Positions 1-9,297 are shown, counted from the stretch's first letter. The stretch: 64,000 nucleotides of DNA from Elusimicrobiota bacterium (GCA_043811535.1 JBDRNC010000039.1:1-64000), one strand, 5' to 3'. Numbers and translations are program-made. Notes: a model not told the origin generated them from the letters alone.

Positions 1-156
1 GCCGAGATATATATTGCCGATAAGGAAGGACGTCTGAACGGCAAACCCCATCAACCCGCCCGCTATCCCCGTAAAATGCACAACCCCGAAAAACACCGAC
101 AACCAGAACAAAAATTCCGACCACTTCTCACGAACACTGCCGACAGTTGCTTGCAT
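1..156 (-). CDS. Partial membrane protein (5' end only; runs off the window)
   Basis: ATG at 156 preceded by AAGGGG SD; open frame to the window edge, MQATVGSVREKWSEFLFWLSVFFGVVHFTGIAGGLMGFAVQ..., hydrophobic. Confidence 0.65.
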   Translation of the reverse strand, partial: MQATVGSVREKWSEFLFWLSVFFGVVHFTGIAGGLMGFAVQTSFLIGNIYLG

Positions 157-172
157 ATTTTTCCCCTTATTT

Positions 173-205
173 TGTCATCCCCGAGGACTGTTATCGGGGA
201 TCCAT
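173..205. repeat. GTCATYCCCG-type REP-like palindrome
   Basis: gtcatccccgaggactgttatcggggatccat; near-identical inverted copy at 18574-18606. Confidence 0.75.
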
Positions 206-551
206 GTGGTTCAAGTTCAGGTTTTGCTCCCCTTACGGGATAGATTATGTCGCAATGTTTCTGAATAATATCACTAGCACAATTTTCAAACGGGGCACAT
301 CATCACTTTTTTGAGACAAAATACAAAATATAGAAGAGGTTAAGGAGCAACAGAATTTTTATAGGGATGGCTTGGGAGTTTGTCTAAAGTTTGTCTGGTA
401 GCCCCCAAAAACAGGCCTAAACAGACCGAAATACACCGAAATTGAACATTCTTAAAAGTATCAATTTACCGTCGAGAAAGGGAAAATAAGGTGGAGGGCT
501 TAACGATAGATTTTAAGCCAGTCACTCATTGCATTATTTTCTATTTACTGA

Positions 552-995
552 TTACCTTTCGTCTTGTGGAGGGTTACACATCTTGAGCAACTCTTTACCT
601 CTCTCTTTTGTTACTTCCTGCAGTTTATTTCGCGCTTTAATCATTCCCATTTTTACTTCCTGCCAAACATAATACGCCATTCCTTTCTGAACATCAAGTT
701 CTAATGCACTCGTGTTTTCCGCCTGACCCGTAATCGTTGTCTTGCCTGGTTCCCGTTCCCAAGACAAGTACCCTTTTGGACCTGTCTTGCCAATTAGAAT
801 ACCATCGTTTCGCACACTCATGGAGTAGAGTCCCCCCAGGGAGTCTGACCTGACTACGTAGATCCTCGCTTTCCCCATGTTTTCAACTTCTTTTGACTCA
901 TCAGGAAATGCCACATATTGTCTCGTAATCGCGGGCGCGCATCCCCCTATTCCAAAGAAAGCCAATACTGCTAATAACTTTAACATTCTGCTCAT
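552..995 (-). CDS. DUF2846-like lipoprotein
   Basis: Lipobox-like IGGC; 'KARIYVVR...G.Y...E.EPGK.TI....EN...L......G..YYV.QEVKMG' pattern; GAGGAGG SD. Confidence 0.75.
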   Translation of the reverse strand: MSRMLKLLAVLAFFGIGGCAPAITRQYVAFPDESKEVENMGKARIYVVRSDSLGGLYSMSVRNDGILIGKTGPKGYLSWEREPGKTTITGQAENTSALELDVQKGMAYYVWQEVKMGMIKARNKLQEVTKERGKELLKMCNPPQDER

Positions 996-1059
996 TAAAC
1001 AGCCTCCTCATGCGTATTTGGGCGTATATTTGGACTGCCCGGTTACAAACAACTACTTT

Positions 1060-1094
1060 AAATCTCCCCTTCCCCTCCTTGCAAAGGAGGGGTA
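1060..1094. repeat. CCCCT...AGGGG hairpin repeat family (copy)
   Basis: aaatctccccttcccctccttgcaaaggaggggta; related copies at 1247-1282, 2732-2806, 6111-6190, 6654-6705, 9108-9147. Confidence 0.75.
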
Positions 1095-1119
1095 ACAACT
1101 TCGCAGGAGATTAATTTGA

Positions 1120-1148
1120 ATAATACCTCTTTGCTCTCAGAGTGTCAA
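1120..1148 (-). promoter_or_regulatory. Sigma70-type promoter for the DUF2846 gene
   Basis: TTGACA-N17-TATTAT on the minus strand. Confidence 0.6.
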
Positions 1149-1287
1149 GGACGTTGATTATTTGCACTGGTCAACTAGGTAGTTGTTGGCGAGATACTAG
1201 ATACCAGTCACTAGTCACTGCGGATGAATGATTGATTCCGGAGCGACCCCCCACCCTGACCTCCCCCGCAAGGAGGGATGAGATATG

Positions 1288-2691
1288 TCAGAGAAGCGAT
1301 TTAACCGCTTTATCTCCCCAGGTCAACAAGGCCTTGGTCTTGGCAGCGCTTTCGGTCTCGGAGTACACCCTTATCTTGGGCTCGGTTCCCGAAGGCCTTA
1401 AAAGGAGCCAGGAATCGTCTTCCAGCACGAATTCTATGCCGTCGTAATCCTTTATCTCCTTGACTTTCAAACCGTTTATTGAAGAAGGCGCCGTTGATTT
1501 CAGTTTTGACACGAGTTCGGCTTTGGGAATGCCGGGGTTGACGAAATCAGTCCTAAAAAATACTGATTTTCCGTATCTTTTCTGTATCTCGTCAAGAATC
1601 GCGGAAACGGGTTTGCCTGTTTTGGCTGTCATTTCTATGAACATAAGCGAATTCAGTATGCCGTCTCTCTCGGGAAGGTAATTGCCGAAACCGTAACCGC
1701 CGCTTTCTTCCCCTCCTATGAGAACGTCTTCCTTCATTATTCTGTCCGCGATATATTTGAAACCGACCGGGGTTTCTTCCCACGGGAGGTTATAGTCCTT
1801 GGCAATGCGTTCGCTAAGGTACCCGAGTGATATCGTCTGTACGACCTTGCCTTTCATTTTCTTGTAATGGCACAGGTAGTAGAGCAGAAGCGGGAAGACA
1901 TGATGAGGCGGGAGATATCTTCCCTTATCATCCACTACGCCGATGCGGTCGGCGTCGCCGTCTGAAGCAAGGCCTATTGCGGCGCTGTTCTGCCTGACCG
2001 AAACTTTAAGATCCGATAGGTATTGTTCAATGGGTTCCGGATGAAGACCTCCGAACAGAGGGTCAGGATTCGGATGTATCGTTGTCTGCCTTATCTTCGT
2101 TCCTTTGAGTATTTCGGCGATGTAGCCGCATCCCGCGCCGTGCATAGGGTCTATCACAACTTTCGTGGTTTTGTTCTTGATTGCCTTGAAGTCTATATAG
2201 GACTTCAGGTATTTCAGGTAATGCGGGGTCATTTTTTCTTTCGTTATGCTTCCTCCGGGAACCGGGAGATCGGTCCTGTCGGAATTCGCGTATTCCTCAA
2301 ATTGCTTCGTAACGGTTTCAGGCGCCGAGCAGGCGTCTGATGTTTTGAATTTGAAGCCGTTGAATTCCGGAGGGTTGTGGCTCGCCGATATCATGACTCC
2401 GCCGTCGGCCTTTTTTAGTTTCACCGAGTACGAAAGGGCCGGCGTGGACATGAAGGTGTCGTTTATAATCACGCTGCAGCCCTGCTTGGCGAGCACCTCC
2501 GCGACGGTTTCAGCGAATTGCCTGGAGTGGAAACGCGTGTCGTACCCGACAGTCACAACCGGGTTCTTCTTCACCTTTGTCGTAAGGTAATTTGCCGCGG
2601 CCGCAGCCACTCTTTTAACGTTTGCGAACGTGAAATCTTCGGCGATTATCGCGCGCCAGCCGTCCGTGCCGAATTCAATCTTGGTGCCCAT
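1288..2691 (-). CDS. Phosphoglucomutase/phosphomannomutase family protein
   Basis: FGTDGWR, SASHNP, DGDADR, GEESG and RPSGTEPKIR motifs. Confidence 0.95.
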   Translation of the reverse strand: MGTKIEFGTDGWRAIIAEDFTFANVKRVAAAAANYLTTKVKKNPVVTVGYDTRFHSRQFAETVAEVLAKQGCSVIINDTFMSTPALSYSVKLKKADGGVMISASHNPPEFNGFKFKTSDACSAPETVTKQFEEYANSDRTDLPVPGGSITKEKMTPHYLKYLKSYIDFKAIKNKTTKVVIDPMHGAGCGYIAEILKGTKIRQTTIHPNPDPLFGGLHPEPIEQYLSDLKVSVRQNSAAIGLASDGDADRIGVVDDKGRYLPPHHVFPLLLYYLCHYKKMKGKVVQTISLGYLSERIAKDYNLPWEETPVGFKYIADRIMKEDVLIGGEESGGYGFGNYLPERDGILNSLMFIEMTAKTGKPVSAILDEIQKRYGKSVFFRTDFVNPGIPKAELVSKLKSTAPSSINGLKVKEIKDYDGIEFVLEDDSWLLLRPSGTEPKIRVYSETESAAKTKALLTWGDKAVKSLL

Positions 2692-2731
2692 GTAAAATTC
2701 CTTTCTGTAAGTGTTTTATTTAGCTTTCTGT

Positions 2732-2806
2732 TCCCCCTTTGTAAAGGGGGTGCAGGGGGATTTAATATAAAAATCTCCCCTATCCCCTCTTTGAAAAAGA
2801 GGGGTA
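2732..2806. repeat. CCCCT...AGGGG hairpin repeat, paired inverted copies
   Basis: ccccctttgtaaaggggg...gggggattt / aaatctcccctatcccctctttgaaaaagagggg. Confidence 0.75.
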
Positions 2807-2814
2807 TTTACCGG

Positions 2815-5490
2815 TTATCCTTTTCCTAATTGAACAATGACCTTGTGTATTTTTCCGTCGTTGAATGGTTTGATTGTGTTCCCTTCGATGGCTCCGCCGT
2901 CTACTGTAATGGATACGGGTGTTGAGTTCTTCGCAAGTTTTTCGTTCCTGAACTCTATGTCGTATTCAGCGCCGCGGAATTTTATGTTGAATTTCGGGTT
3001 CCTGAACTCGGGAGCCGCCGGCAGGCACGGGTCTATAATAAGGCCGTCAAGGCCGCCGCGCACGCCGAAAAAGAAATTCTGCATCAGGAACCTTGTCCAT
3101 CCAGCCGAAGCCGTGAGAAGCGGGTATTCACCGCGCCCCGGCCAGTTGGGGTTGTCAGAAGAAATGTAGTATTCCGGTATCCACGGGCCCGTGCGCAGTC
3201 TCTCCTGCGGGTGGCTGAGCGGATTGATGCCGCTGAAAATCTTATATGCCTCGTCAGCGCGGCGGCGCTTAAGCAGCGCCCATGCCATGAAAAGGTTCGC
3301 GTGGCAGAAAATGGCGTTGTTTTCTTTGGTCCCGGCGGCGAAGCCCGTAATCCTGCCTATGCTCTTGTCAAACTTCCAGTAGGCCGGGTAATTGAGTTTG
3401 AGTCCGCCCGTTTTCTTGTCAAAAAGCAGTTTCTGGACGCTTTCTATAACCTTGTCCGAAGCGCCGAGCTTGTCCGCGGCTCCGGAGATAAGAGACCACG
3501 TCTGCGGCATCAGCATCATCATAAAATCTTCGGGCGAAGGATTGTTTTTTCCCGTAGAACCGTGCCTGAATATAGTGTCAATCGGTTTTCCGTCTTCGTA
3601 CAGGTAGCCGGAATAATACTCGCCGTTCCAGGCGAGATTGTTGACAGTTTTTGTCATCAGCTGCGATTTGGCTCTCAGGTCGGATATGACCTTTGCGAGT
3701 TCAACCACGACTTTCTTACCCGAAATCTCAGAGTTGACCTTATTCAGGAATTCGGCGAGTTTCTGCTGTTTCAGTGTCGCCGGCGGGTTGTCCATCAATT
3801 GTTCCATGCGGTCTTCCATGAGAGTGGAAAGTTCTTCGAATATCTCTACGCGGGTTGTGCCCGTCCTTTTGTGGAGTTCGTCAAGGGCGTTTGCAAGGTC
3901 GTCGCAATCGTGCGCTAGCCCCATGGAGAAGGTGACATTCTCGCCGTTTACCTGGTCGACCGCGTCGTTCCAGTCGGCGCGCTTCTGTCTCAGCAGGTTG
4001 TTGGCTCCCACGTCGTAGAACATCGTGAATATCTGCGTCAGCAGATGCTCAAGGACCGTTCCGGTGTATATACTGCCGTCTTTTGTTTTTTGTTTTTCAA
4101 TCAGGCCGTGCCGCCACTGGATGTCTTTTTCCTCGCCGCGGCTGCGGTAGCAGTCCTTGAAGTAGGCGATGCCGTCGCGCAGGAGGAACTTGATGTCTCC
4201 GAGAAAATTCGCGAGCAGGAGAACTGTTTGCGTTGTCCAGTAGGGGTGGTCGCACCAGAGGCCGTTTATCTCGTCGCTTCCGAACTGTTTCGTGCGCGCG
4301 AAAAACCTGGTGGCGTTCGTACCGTCAAGCCGTACCCCTTCGAGGGTATGCATTGTCCTTTCTTCGAGGCCCTGCGGGTCAATGACCGTCGCAGCCATCA
4401 TATCCTGCCAGAAATCGCGCCAGCCCGCGAAGTCTGAGCCGTAGTCGAACTGGGGATGCCCCGTGTTTCCGAACCAGTATCGCATGGAGAGCTGGCAGCA
4501 CCACCATTTGTTCCAAAGCGTGTTAAGGTTCTCGCTGCCCGTTTTTATGCTTATCCTGCCGGTGCGCTCCTCCCAGAACGCGTTGACTTTGGCAAGCGCC
4601 TCAAGGGAGTCCGCGTAACTGTATTTTCCTATGAGTATTTCAGCTTCGGCGCTGCCGTGCGATATGCCGTTTATCACGACGAATTTGGCGGAGCTCTTGG
4701 GTTTAAGCGTGATTTTCCTAAACTCTACGGCGCCCGCGGCTTCTTTGCCAAGACACTGGCATCTGGGAGGCTTATTCGTCAGTATCGCCTCGGGTTTTAG
4801 CCACGAATACCGCGGGCCGAGGAAGCTCTCGCGGTCCGAATAGAACCTGGAGCCCTTCCTCCCCTTTTCTGTTTCCGCGGACATGAAATAGCAGATGTCG
4901 CTTGGTTCTGTTTTACCTTCCACCCATTCAAGGCCCGGGAGTATTTCTATATGGTCGGTGATTCTGCTCTTGTTATAGAGCCTTACCACGTCACGGTGGT
5001 ATTCGGTATAGGCCCTGTTCCCGCCGAATATGGGAACTGTCGGGATGAAATCCAGCGTTTTCTTTCTGTTCGTAAGGTTTTTTATTTCGACAAGCCACAA
5101 TTCCGCCGGGTCGCCGAGCGGCACGAATATAGTAGCGGATACTTCAACGCCGAGTTTCCTTGAAGCCGCTGAAAAAGTTACGTGGCCTAATCCCATTTTA
5201 AAGGAAAGTTTGTTTTGATGGGTTCCGCAAAGGAAATCGTTGACAAGCCACGGCTCGCCTTTTTCGGTGCGCACCCAGAGGAACCTGCCCTGCCCTTTCG
5301 GGAAATTAGGCCCGTCAAATTCGCCGAACATCCGCGTATAATCAAATCCCGAGTAGCCCCTGAGCCAGTTGTCGCAGATGGAGAAATACTGCGGGCCGTT
5401 CGCGAGCATGTGAATAACGGGTTGGGGTAGTTTTCCCGGGTTGGAGACTACGAATTGGCCAAGTTCGTCGTAATGCCAGAGCTTAGACAT
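2815..5490 (-). CDS. GH94 glycoside phosphorylase (cellobiose/laminaribiose phosphorylase-like)
   Basis: GWRDFWQD, ADWND (catalytic Asp region), KENNAIFCHAN, LTASAGW and GLIIDPCLP motifs; 891 aa. Confidence 0.85.
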   Translation of the reverse strand: MSKLWHYDELGQFVVSNPGKLPQPVIHMLANGPQYFSICDNWLRGYSGFDYTRMFGEFDGPNFPKGQGRFLWVRTEKGEPWLVNDFLCGTHQNKLSFKMGLGHVTFSAASRKLGVEVSATIFVPLGDPAELWLVEIKNLTNRKKTLDFIPTVPIFGGNRAYTEYHRDVVRLYNKSRITDHIEILPGLEWVEGKTEPSDICYFMSAETEKGRKGSRFYSDRESFLGPRYSWLKPEAILTNKPPRCQCLGKEAAGAVEFRKITLKPKSSAKFVVINGISHGSAEAEILIGKYSYADSLEALAKVNAFWEERTGRISIKTGSENLNTLWNKWWCCQLSMRYWFGNTGHPQFDYGSDFAGWRDFWQDMMAATVIDPQGLEERTMHTLEGVRLDGTNATRFFARTKQFGSDEINGLWCDHPYWTTQTVLLLANFLGDIKFLLRDGIAYFKDCYRSRGEEKDIQWRHGLIEKQKTKDGSIYTGTVLEHLLTQIFTMFYDVGANNLLRQKRADWNDAVDQVNGENVTFSMGLAHDCDDLANALDELHKRTGTTRVEIFEELSTLMEDRMEQLMDNPPATLKQQKLAEFLNKVNSEISGKKVVVELAKVISDLRAKSQLMTKTVNNLAWNGEYYSGYLYEDGKPIDTIFRHGSTGKNNPSPEDFMMMLMPQTWSLISGAADKLGASDKVIESVQKLLFDKKTGGLKLNYPAYWKFDKSIGRITGFAAGTKENNAIFCHANLFMAWALLKRRRADEAYKIFSGINPLSHPQERLRTGPWIPEYYISSDNPNWPGRGEYPLLTASAGWTRFLMQNFFFGVRGGLDGLIIDPCLPAAPEFRNPKFNIKFRGAEYDIEFRNEKLAKNSTPVSITVDGGAIEGNTIKPFNDGKIHKVIVQLGKG

Positions 5491-5577
5491 CTGCAGTTCC
5501 TTTTATGGTTAAGAGGAGTATCTTAGAATTTTTCCGGTATTCCGGAGGATGCTTCATTATAGAAAAATATGAGTTGT

Positions 5578-5606
5578 TTGACAAGAATAGCGTATTTTGA
5601 TTTAAT
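5578..5606 (+). promoter_or_regulatory. Sigma70-type promoter, probably leaderless transcript of dCMP deaminase
   Basis: TTGACA-N17-TTTAAT ending 8 nt before ATG 5615; no SD. Confidence 0.5.
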
Positions 5607-5614
5607 GATGCATT

Positions 5615-6109
5615 ATGAATATAAAGAATGCTGCAGCGAAACGCCCGGATTGGGATGAATATTTCATGAAAACGGCCTTTCTCGTGGCCGAAAGGTCCAC
5701 GTGTCTCAGGCACCACGTAGGGGCCGTCATTATCAGGGATAAACGCCTGCTGACCACCGGATACAACGGCGCGGCCGCGGGAGTCAAGGATTGCTTTGAG
5801 CTCGGATGCCTGCGCAATAAGATGAAAATTCCTTCGGGCACGAGACACGAGATTTGCAGGGCCATCCATGCGGAGCAGAACGCCATAATTCAGGCCGGCC
5901 TGCACGGCATCACAATTAAGGGCTCGACGATTTACTGCACGCATTCCCCCTGCATTCTATGCGCGAAGATGCTGGTAAACGCCGGAATAAAGCAGTTCAT
6001 AACCTGTACGGACTACGCCGACCAGTCCTTTAAGAAGCTTTTTAAGGAAGCGGGCATTAAATTCAGGAAAATACCAACGCCTTCGCTGGATGTATCGGTG
6101 CTGGAGTAA
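5615..6109 (+). CDS. dCMP deaminase (ComEB-like cytidine/deoxycytidylate deaminase)
   Basis: RPDWDEYFM, RSTC, TGYNG, HAEQNA and PCxxC zinc motifs. Confidence 0.95.
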   Translation: MNIKNAAAKRPDWDEYFMKTAFLVAERSTCLRHHVGAVIIRDKRLLTTGYNGAAAGVKDCFELGCLRNKMKIPSGTRHEICRAIHAEQNAIIQAGLHGITIKGSTIYCTHSPCILCAKMLVNAGIKQFITCTDYADQSFKKLFKEAGIKFRKIPTPSLDVSVLE

Positions 6110-6110
6110 T

Positions 6111-6190
6111 AATCCCCCTCTGTAAAGTGGGATCAAGGGGGATTTGCAGTTTGAAAAATCTCCCCTTTCCCCTCTTTATGAAAGAGGGAT
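6111..6190. repeat. CCCCT...AGGGG hairpin repeat, paired inverted copies
   Basis: Same architecture as 2732-2806. Confidence 0.7.
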
Positions 6191-6209
6191 ATATTTTTTA
6201 AGAGGTATT

Positions 6210-6635
6210 ATGTTTAAGAAAGCTAAACTTGGCAGGACTTTTATAGGACGTTTTGAGTACGGCGACGATTTGCTGGAAAGCCTGAACGGATTTTGCAGAA
6301 AACGCAAGATCAAGGCGGGCTTTTTTAATTTGATAGGCGCTGTTCAGAACGCCAAACTCGGCTACTACAGCCAGTCCGAAAAAAAATACACCGGCTGCGT
6401 GGAAATAAATAAAAAACTTGAAATAGCGTCCTGCATGGGCAATGTTTCCATTAAAGAGGGTGAGATATTCGTGCATGCGCACATTGTGCTTGCGGATTAC
6501 ACCGGAAAGGCCTCCGGAGGCCACCTGATGCCTGGAACGAAAGTATTCGCCGCTGAATACGTTATCCAAGAATTAAAAAATGGCAAACTTGTGAGAGTCA
6601 AAGACTCCGTCACCGGCCTGCCGTTGTGGAAATAA
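6210..6635 (+). CDS. PPC/DUF296 domain protein
   Basis: GDDLL, IGAV, HAHIVL and GGHL motifs; start moved to ATG 6210 with AGAGGT SD because the longer ORF start lies within a repeat. Confidence 0.9.
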   Translation: MFKKAKLGRTFIGRFEYGDDLLESLNGFCRKRKIKAGFFNLIGAVQNAKLGYYSQSEKKYTGCVEINKKLEIASCMGNVSIKEGEIFVHAHIVLADYTGKASGGHLMPGTKVFAAEYVIQELKNGKLVRVKDSVTGLPLWK

Positions 6636-6653
6636 TATTATTAATTACAAATT

Positions 6654-6705
6654 AAAATCCCCCTTTTCTTCCCCCTTTATTAAAGAGGGGATAAGAGGGG
6701 GATTT
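6654..6705. repeat. CCCCT...AGGGG hairpin between convergent genes (possible terminator)
   Basis: aaatccccct...cccctttattaaagagggg...agggggattt nested hairpin. Confidence 0.65.
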
Positions 6706-6743
6706 AGCTTAAAGTCTATAATCTGTAATATATAATTTGTAAT

Positions 6744-7349
6744 TTACTTACTAATCTCTTTCGCCAGTTTTTTGCAGCCTTCCTCTATGCCCGTCTGAAC
6801 TACCGCGCTTTTGTCTATTATCTTGCCGATCCTGGCGAACCAGAACGCCACCCATTTCCTGTTCTTGACTGCGGCCACCGCCTTGGCCGATTTGATTATC
6901 TCTCCCGTCTCTACGTTGACGAGGCGTCCGTCCATCGTTACTTCCGTCTTCTGCGTTTCCGTCCACATTAGGAAGATCGTGCTTTTGCCGGTGGAATACT
7001 TCACCGATGACAGGTTGCCGAAAAGCAGGGCGTCAACGCCCAGCTGGTTGCCCACCTGCTTTGCTGTGTTGGAGTCAACAAGTCCGCTCATGTTCAGCTT
7101 AAGCTCGGAAAGCACTGATTCAAGCCGTTTTCTTTCAATCAGCCTGAACGCGCCGGTCTTCTGGAGCTCGTTTATCATGGAATCGGATATACCTTTGGCA
7201 AGCGCGTCATTAGACGCGTCGCCGGTCTGGTTCTGGAAATCAACTATCGCCACTTTGAGCCGCTTGTCTTCCGCCGGTTTGTCCGCGGCTGAGACTGTAG
7301 GGATTACTATGGATATTGCGCAAGCCACGGCGAGAAAGCATTTCTTCAT
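6744..7349 (-). CDS. CsgG/HfaB (FlgO/TolB-N-like) family exported protein
   Basis: Signal peptide; VAIVDFQN, FRLIERKRLESVLSEL...SGLVD, G..LGVD and RLVNVETGEII motifs. Confidence 0.85.
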   Translation of the reverse strand: MKKCFLAVACAISIVIPTVSAADKPAEDKRLKVAIVDFQNQTGDASNDALAKGISDSMINELQKTGAFRLIERKRLESVLSELKLNMSGLVDSNTAKQVGNQLGVDALLFGNLSSVKYSTGKSTIFLMWTETQKTEVTMDGRLVNVETGEIIKSAKAVAAVKNRKWVAFWFARIGKIIDKSAVVQTGIEEGCKKLAKEISK

Positions 7350-7383
7350 AGTTGACCTTTTGGTTGTTCCTATTGGAATTGAG

Positions 7384-7444
7384 ATTACACAGAAACGCCG
7401 ACGGGGTTTAATCTGTGTAATAAATTAAAAATCAGTGTAATCAG
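7384..7444. repeat. ATTACACAGA/TCTGTGTAAT inverted short-repeat element
   Basis: attacacaga (7384-7393) is the exact reverse complement of tctgtgtaat (7412-7421); a variant copy follows at 7430-7444. Confidence 0.6.
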
Positions 7445-7450
7445 AGATTG

Positions 7451-8533
7451 TTAAGGTTTTTCAACAATCTCAGCTTCTATCGCGTACGCGCCGGTCTTGT
7501 TTACCTTGACCTTGAACGAGCTCAGCTGTTCAAGGCGTTTTGATATGTCGGCGGAATTGCCTCTTTTTATATCCATATCTATCATGGCGATGGACCCCGT
7601 AAAGTCGCGCACGCGGCAGTCGCGGACTTCCGTCAGCGCCCTGACGGCCAATATGAAGCTGTTAAGCGTATTCATATCGTCCACGTTGGACACGGTCAGC
7701 ATCATCGTGGAGCGTTCTTTCAGGTAAGTAAGCACGGTCGCGGGAAGAGTTGCCGCGATTTTTTTGGATGCCGCGACTATAGAGGCCTTGGCGGCGGCAT
7801 CCTTGGTGGAATCCACCCCTCCGGTCACCGCGTTAGCGGTAGTTATAACGTCTTCCGAACCGGGCTTGATGACCTTAAGCGAGAGCGCGGCGCGGTAGGA
7901 TGTCAACCCTCCCAGGTTCTGGTCGGAATTGAAATTCGTCTCAGCCTTGCCTATGACAAGTATGTCGGTAGTTGTGGATTCGGAAACCGTGAATCCTTTT
8001 TCCACAAACGCGTTCTTGAGCTCGTTTTCAGCGTAATAGGTCTCGGATGTTTCCCCGTCAATGACGTCGTCTATCACGAGTGTCACGATCGGGTTTCCGA
8101 GTTTCTTCGGCTCAAGCTCGAGGGTTTTCAGCTTGGCCGAGAGATCCTCCTTGCGGACAAGCGCCTTGACCTTCGTTTTGTAGAAATCGCCTTCCTGCCA
8201 TTCCTTGATAACGTCGTATTTTTCGATGTAGCCCTCGGTTTGGGATGTTATGTTGTCCTCTACGAGCTTGGCTTTTGACACGAGCGCTTCCTGCGAAACA
8301 TACACGCCTATGACAAGGCCCAGAGCGTTCTTAAGGGCGTCGTGAAGGGCGGTTTGCTTGGCGCCGTTAACGTCGCCGTCAATTATAGGAGCCATGCCTT
8401 CGGCGACGACTACTTCCGTATTAGGCGCGGTGGCCTTAATGACCGGTTTTTTAGGCGCTGACGCGCACCCGCTGAGAATAATCGCAGATGCGGCAATAAA
8501 CGAAACAAAATAGGATAATTTATGTCTGTGCAT
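7451..8533 (-). CDS. Lipoprotein with FlgT N-terminal-like domain
   Basis: Lipobox LSGC; 'VVAEG.A......AKQ.AL.DALKNA.....GV.V.....V' FlgT_N/LPP20-like pattern. Confidence 0.75.
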   Translation of the reverse strand: MHRHKLSYFVSFIAASAIILSGCASAPKKPVIKATAPNTEVVVAEGMAPIIDGDVNGAKQTALHDALKNALGLVIGVYVSQEALVSKAKLVEDNITSQTEGYIEKYDVIKEWQEGDFYKTKVKALVRKEDLSAKLKTLELEPKKLGNPIVTLVIDDVIDGETSETYYAENELKNAFVEKGFTVSESTTTDILVIGKAETNFNSDQNLGGLTSYRAALSLKVIKPGSEDVITTANAVTGGVDSTKDAAAKASIVAASKKIAATLPATVLTYLKERSTMMLTVSNVDDMNTLNSFILAVRALTEVRDCRVRDFTGSIAMIDMDIKRGNSADISKRLEQLSSFKVKVNKTGAYAIEAEIVEKP

Positions 8534-8617
8534 AAGTATAAGTTCCTTTTTAAGCGAATACCGAATAGGAATATGATGTCGTTGATTCCCTATTCTCTAT
8601 TCACTATTCTCTGATAT

Positions 8618-9079
8618 TTATTCTTTTATCATCTTAAGTCCCATCTGTTTTAGGGACTTCTTGGAAAGTCTTAAAATCACCACGCAGCCGTCGTCGGCGG
8701 TCCATTCAGACCGGATTACCTGCGCGCCCTTGATAGTGGCGTCAATATTGGTCGCGAGCATTGAATCGGTTTCCATGGCTTTTTCCACCGTGATGCCGCC
8801 CTCAAGTTTTACTCCCTTAACCAGTGAAAGCATGTTGTACTGGGCGTTGACTATGGCCGCGTTCCTTGACGTCGCCATCTTCTGGGTCTTGTTGTCGAGT
8901 TCCTGGTCGGCAGCGCCTATGCCGCGGGCGAAAATGAAGTTGTCAGTTATCCCCTGTTCTATCCATTCTCTCTCGATCTCTCCGCCCTTAGAAACCGTTC
9001 CCTTGTCCGGCGAAGAAGCGCAACCCGCGATGAGAACCGCGGCCATGAGACAAACGACGATCTTCAAAAAACTTGACAT
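8618..9079 (-). CDS. LPP20 (FlgP-like) lipoprotein
   Basis: Lipobox IAGC; 'ARGIG...A.R.AAIVNAQ..L...VKGV.L....TV...M......I...IKGA.V' pattern; GGAGG SD. Confidence 0.75.
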   Translation of the reverse strand: MSSFLKIVVCLMAAVLIAGCASSPDKGTVSKGGEIEREWIEQGITDNFIFARGIGAADQELDNKTQKMATSRNAAIVNAQYNMLSLVKGVKLEGGITVEKAMETDSMLATNIDATIKGAQVIRSEWTADDGCVVILRLSKKSLKQMGLKMIKE

Positions 9080-9237
9080 GATATCCTCCCTTTATAAGAT
9101 TTTTACATTCCCCTTCCCCTCTTGCAGGGGAAGGCCGGGATGGGGAGCAGAATTCCCCAATTTCACCCATAGCCTTGCCGTGACTTCGATACTATTATAC
9201 TCCTTTCTTATACAATTTCAAACGTGATTTTAGTCAC

Positions 9238-9271
9238 TTAGTAGACCGGCACTTAAGTGCCGGTCTACTAA
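9238..9271. repeat. Perfect 34-bp GTAG-type palindrome (REP-like)
   Basis: ttagtagaccggcacttaagtgccggtctactaa is its own reverse complement. Confidence 0.8.
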
Positions 9272-9297
9272 AAGCTGGGATATGCTGAAGTTTTAAC

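Noticed and set aside
6744..7349. Curli biogenesis operon
   Set aside because: No curlin-repeat CsgA/CsgB or CsgE/CsgF genes in the window.
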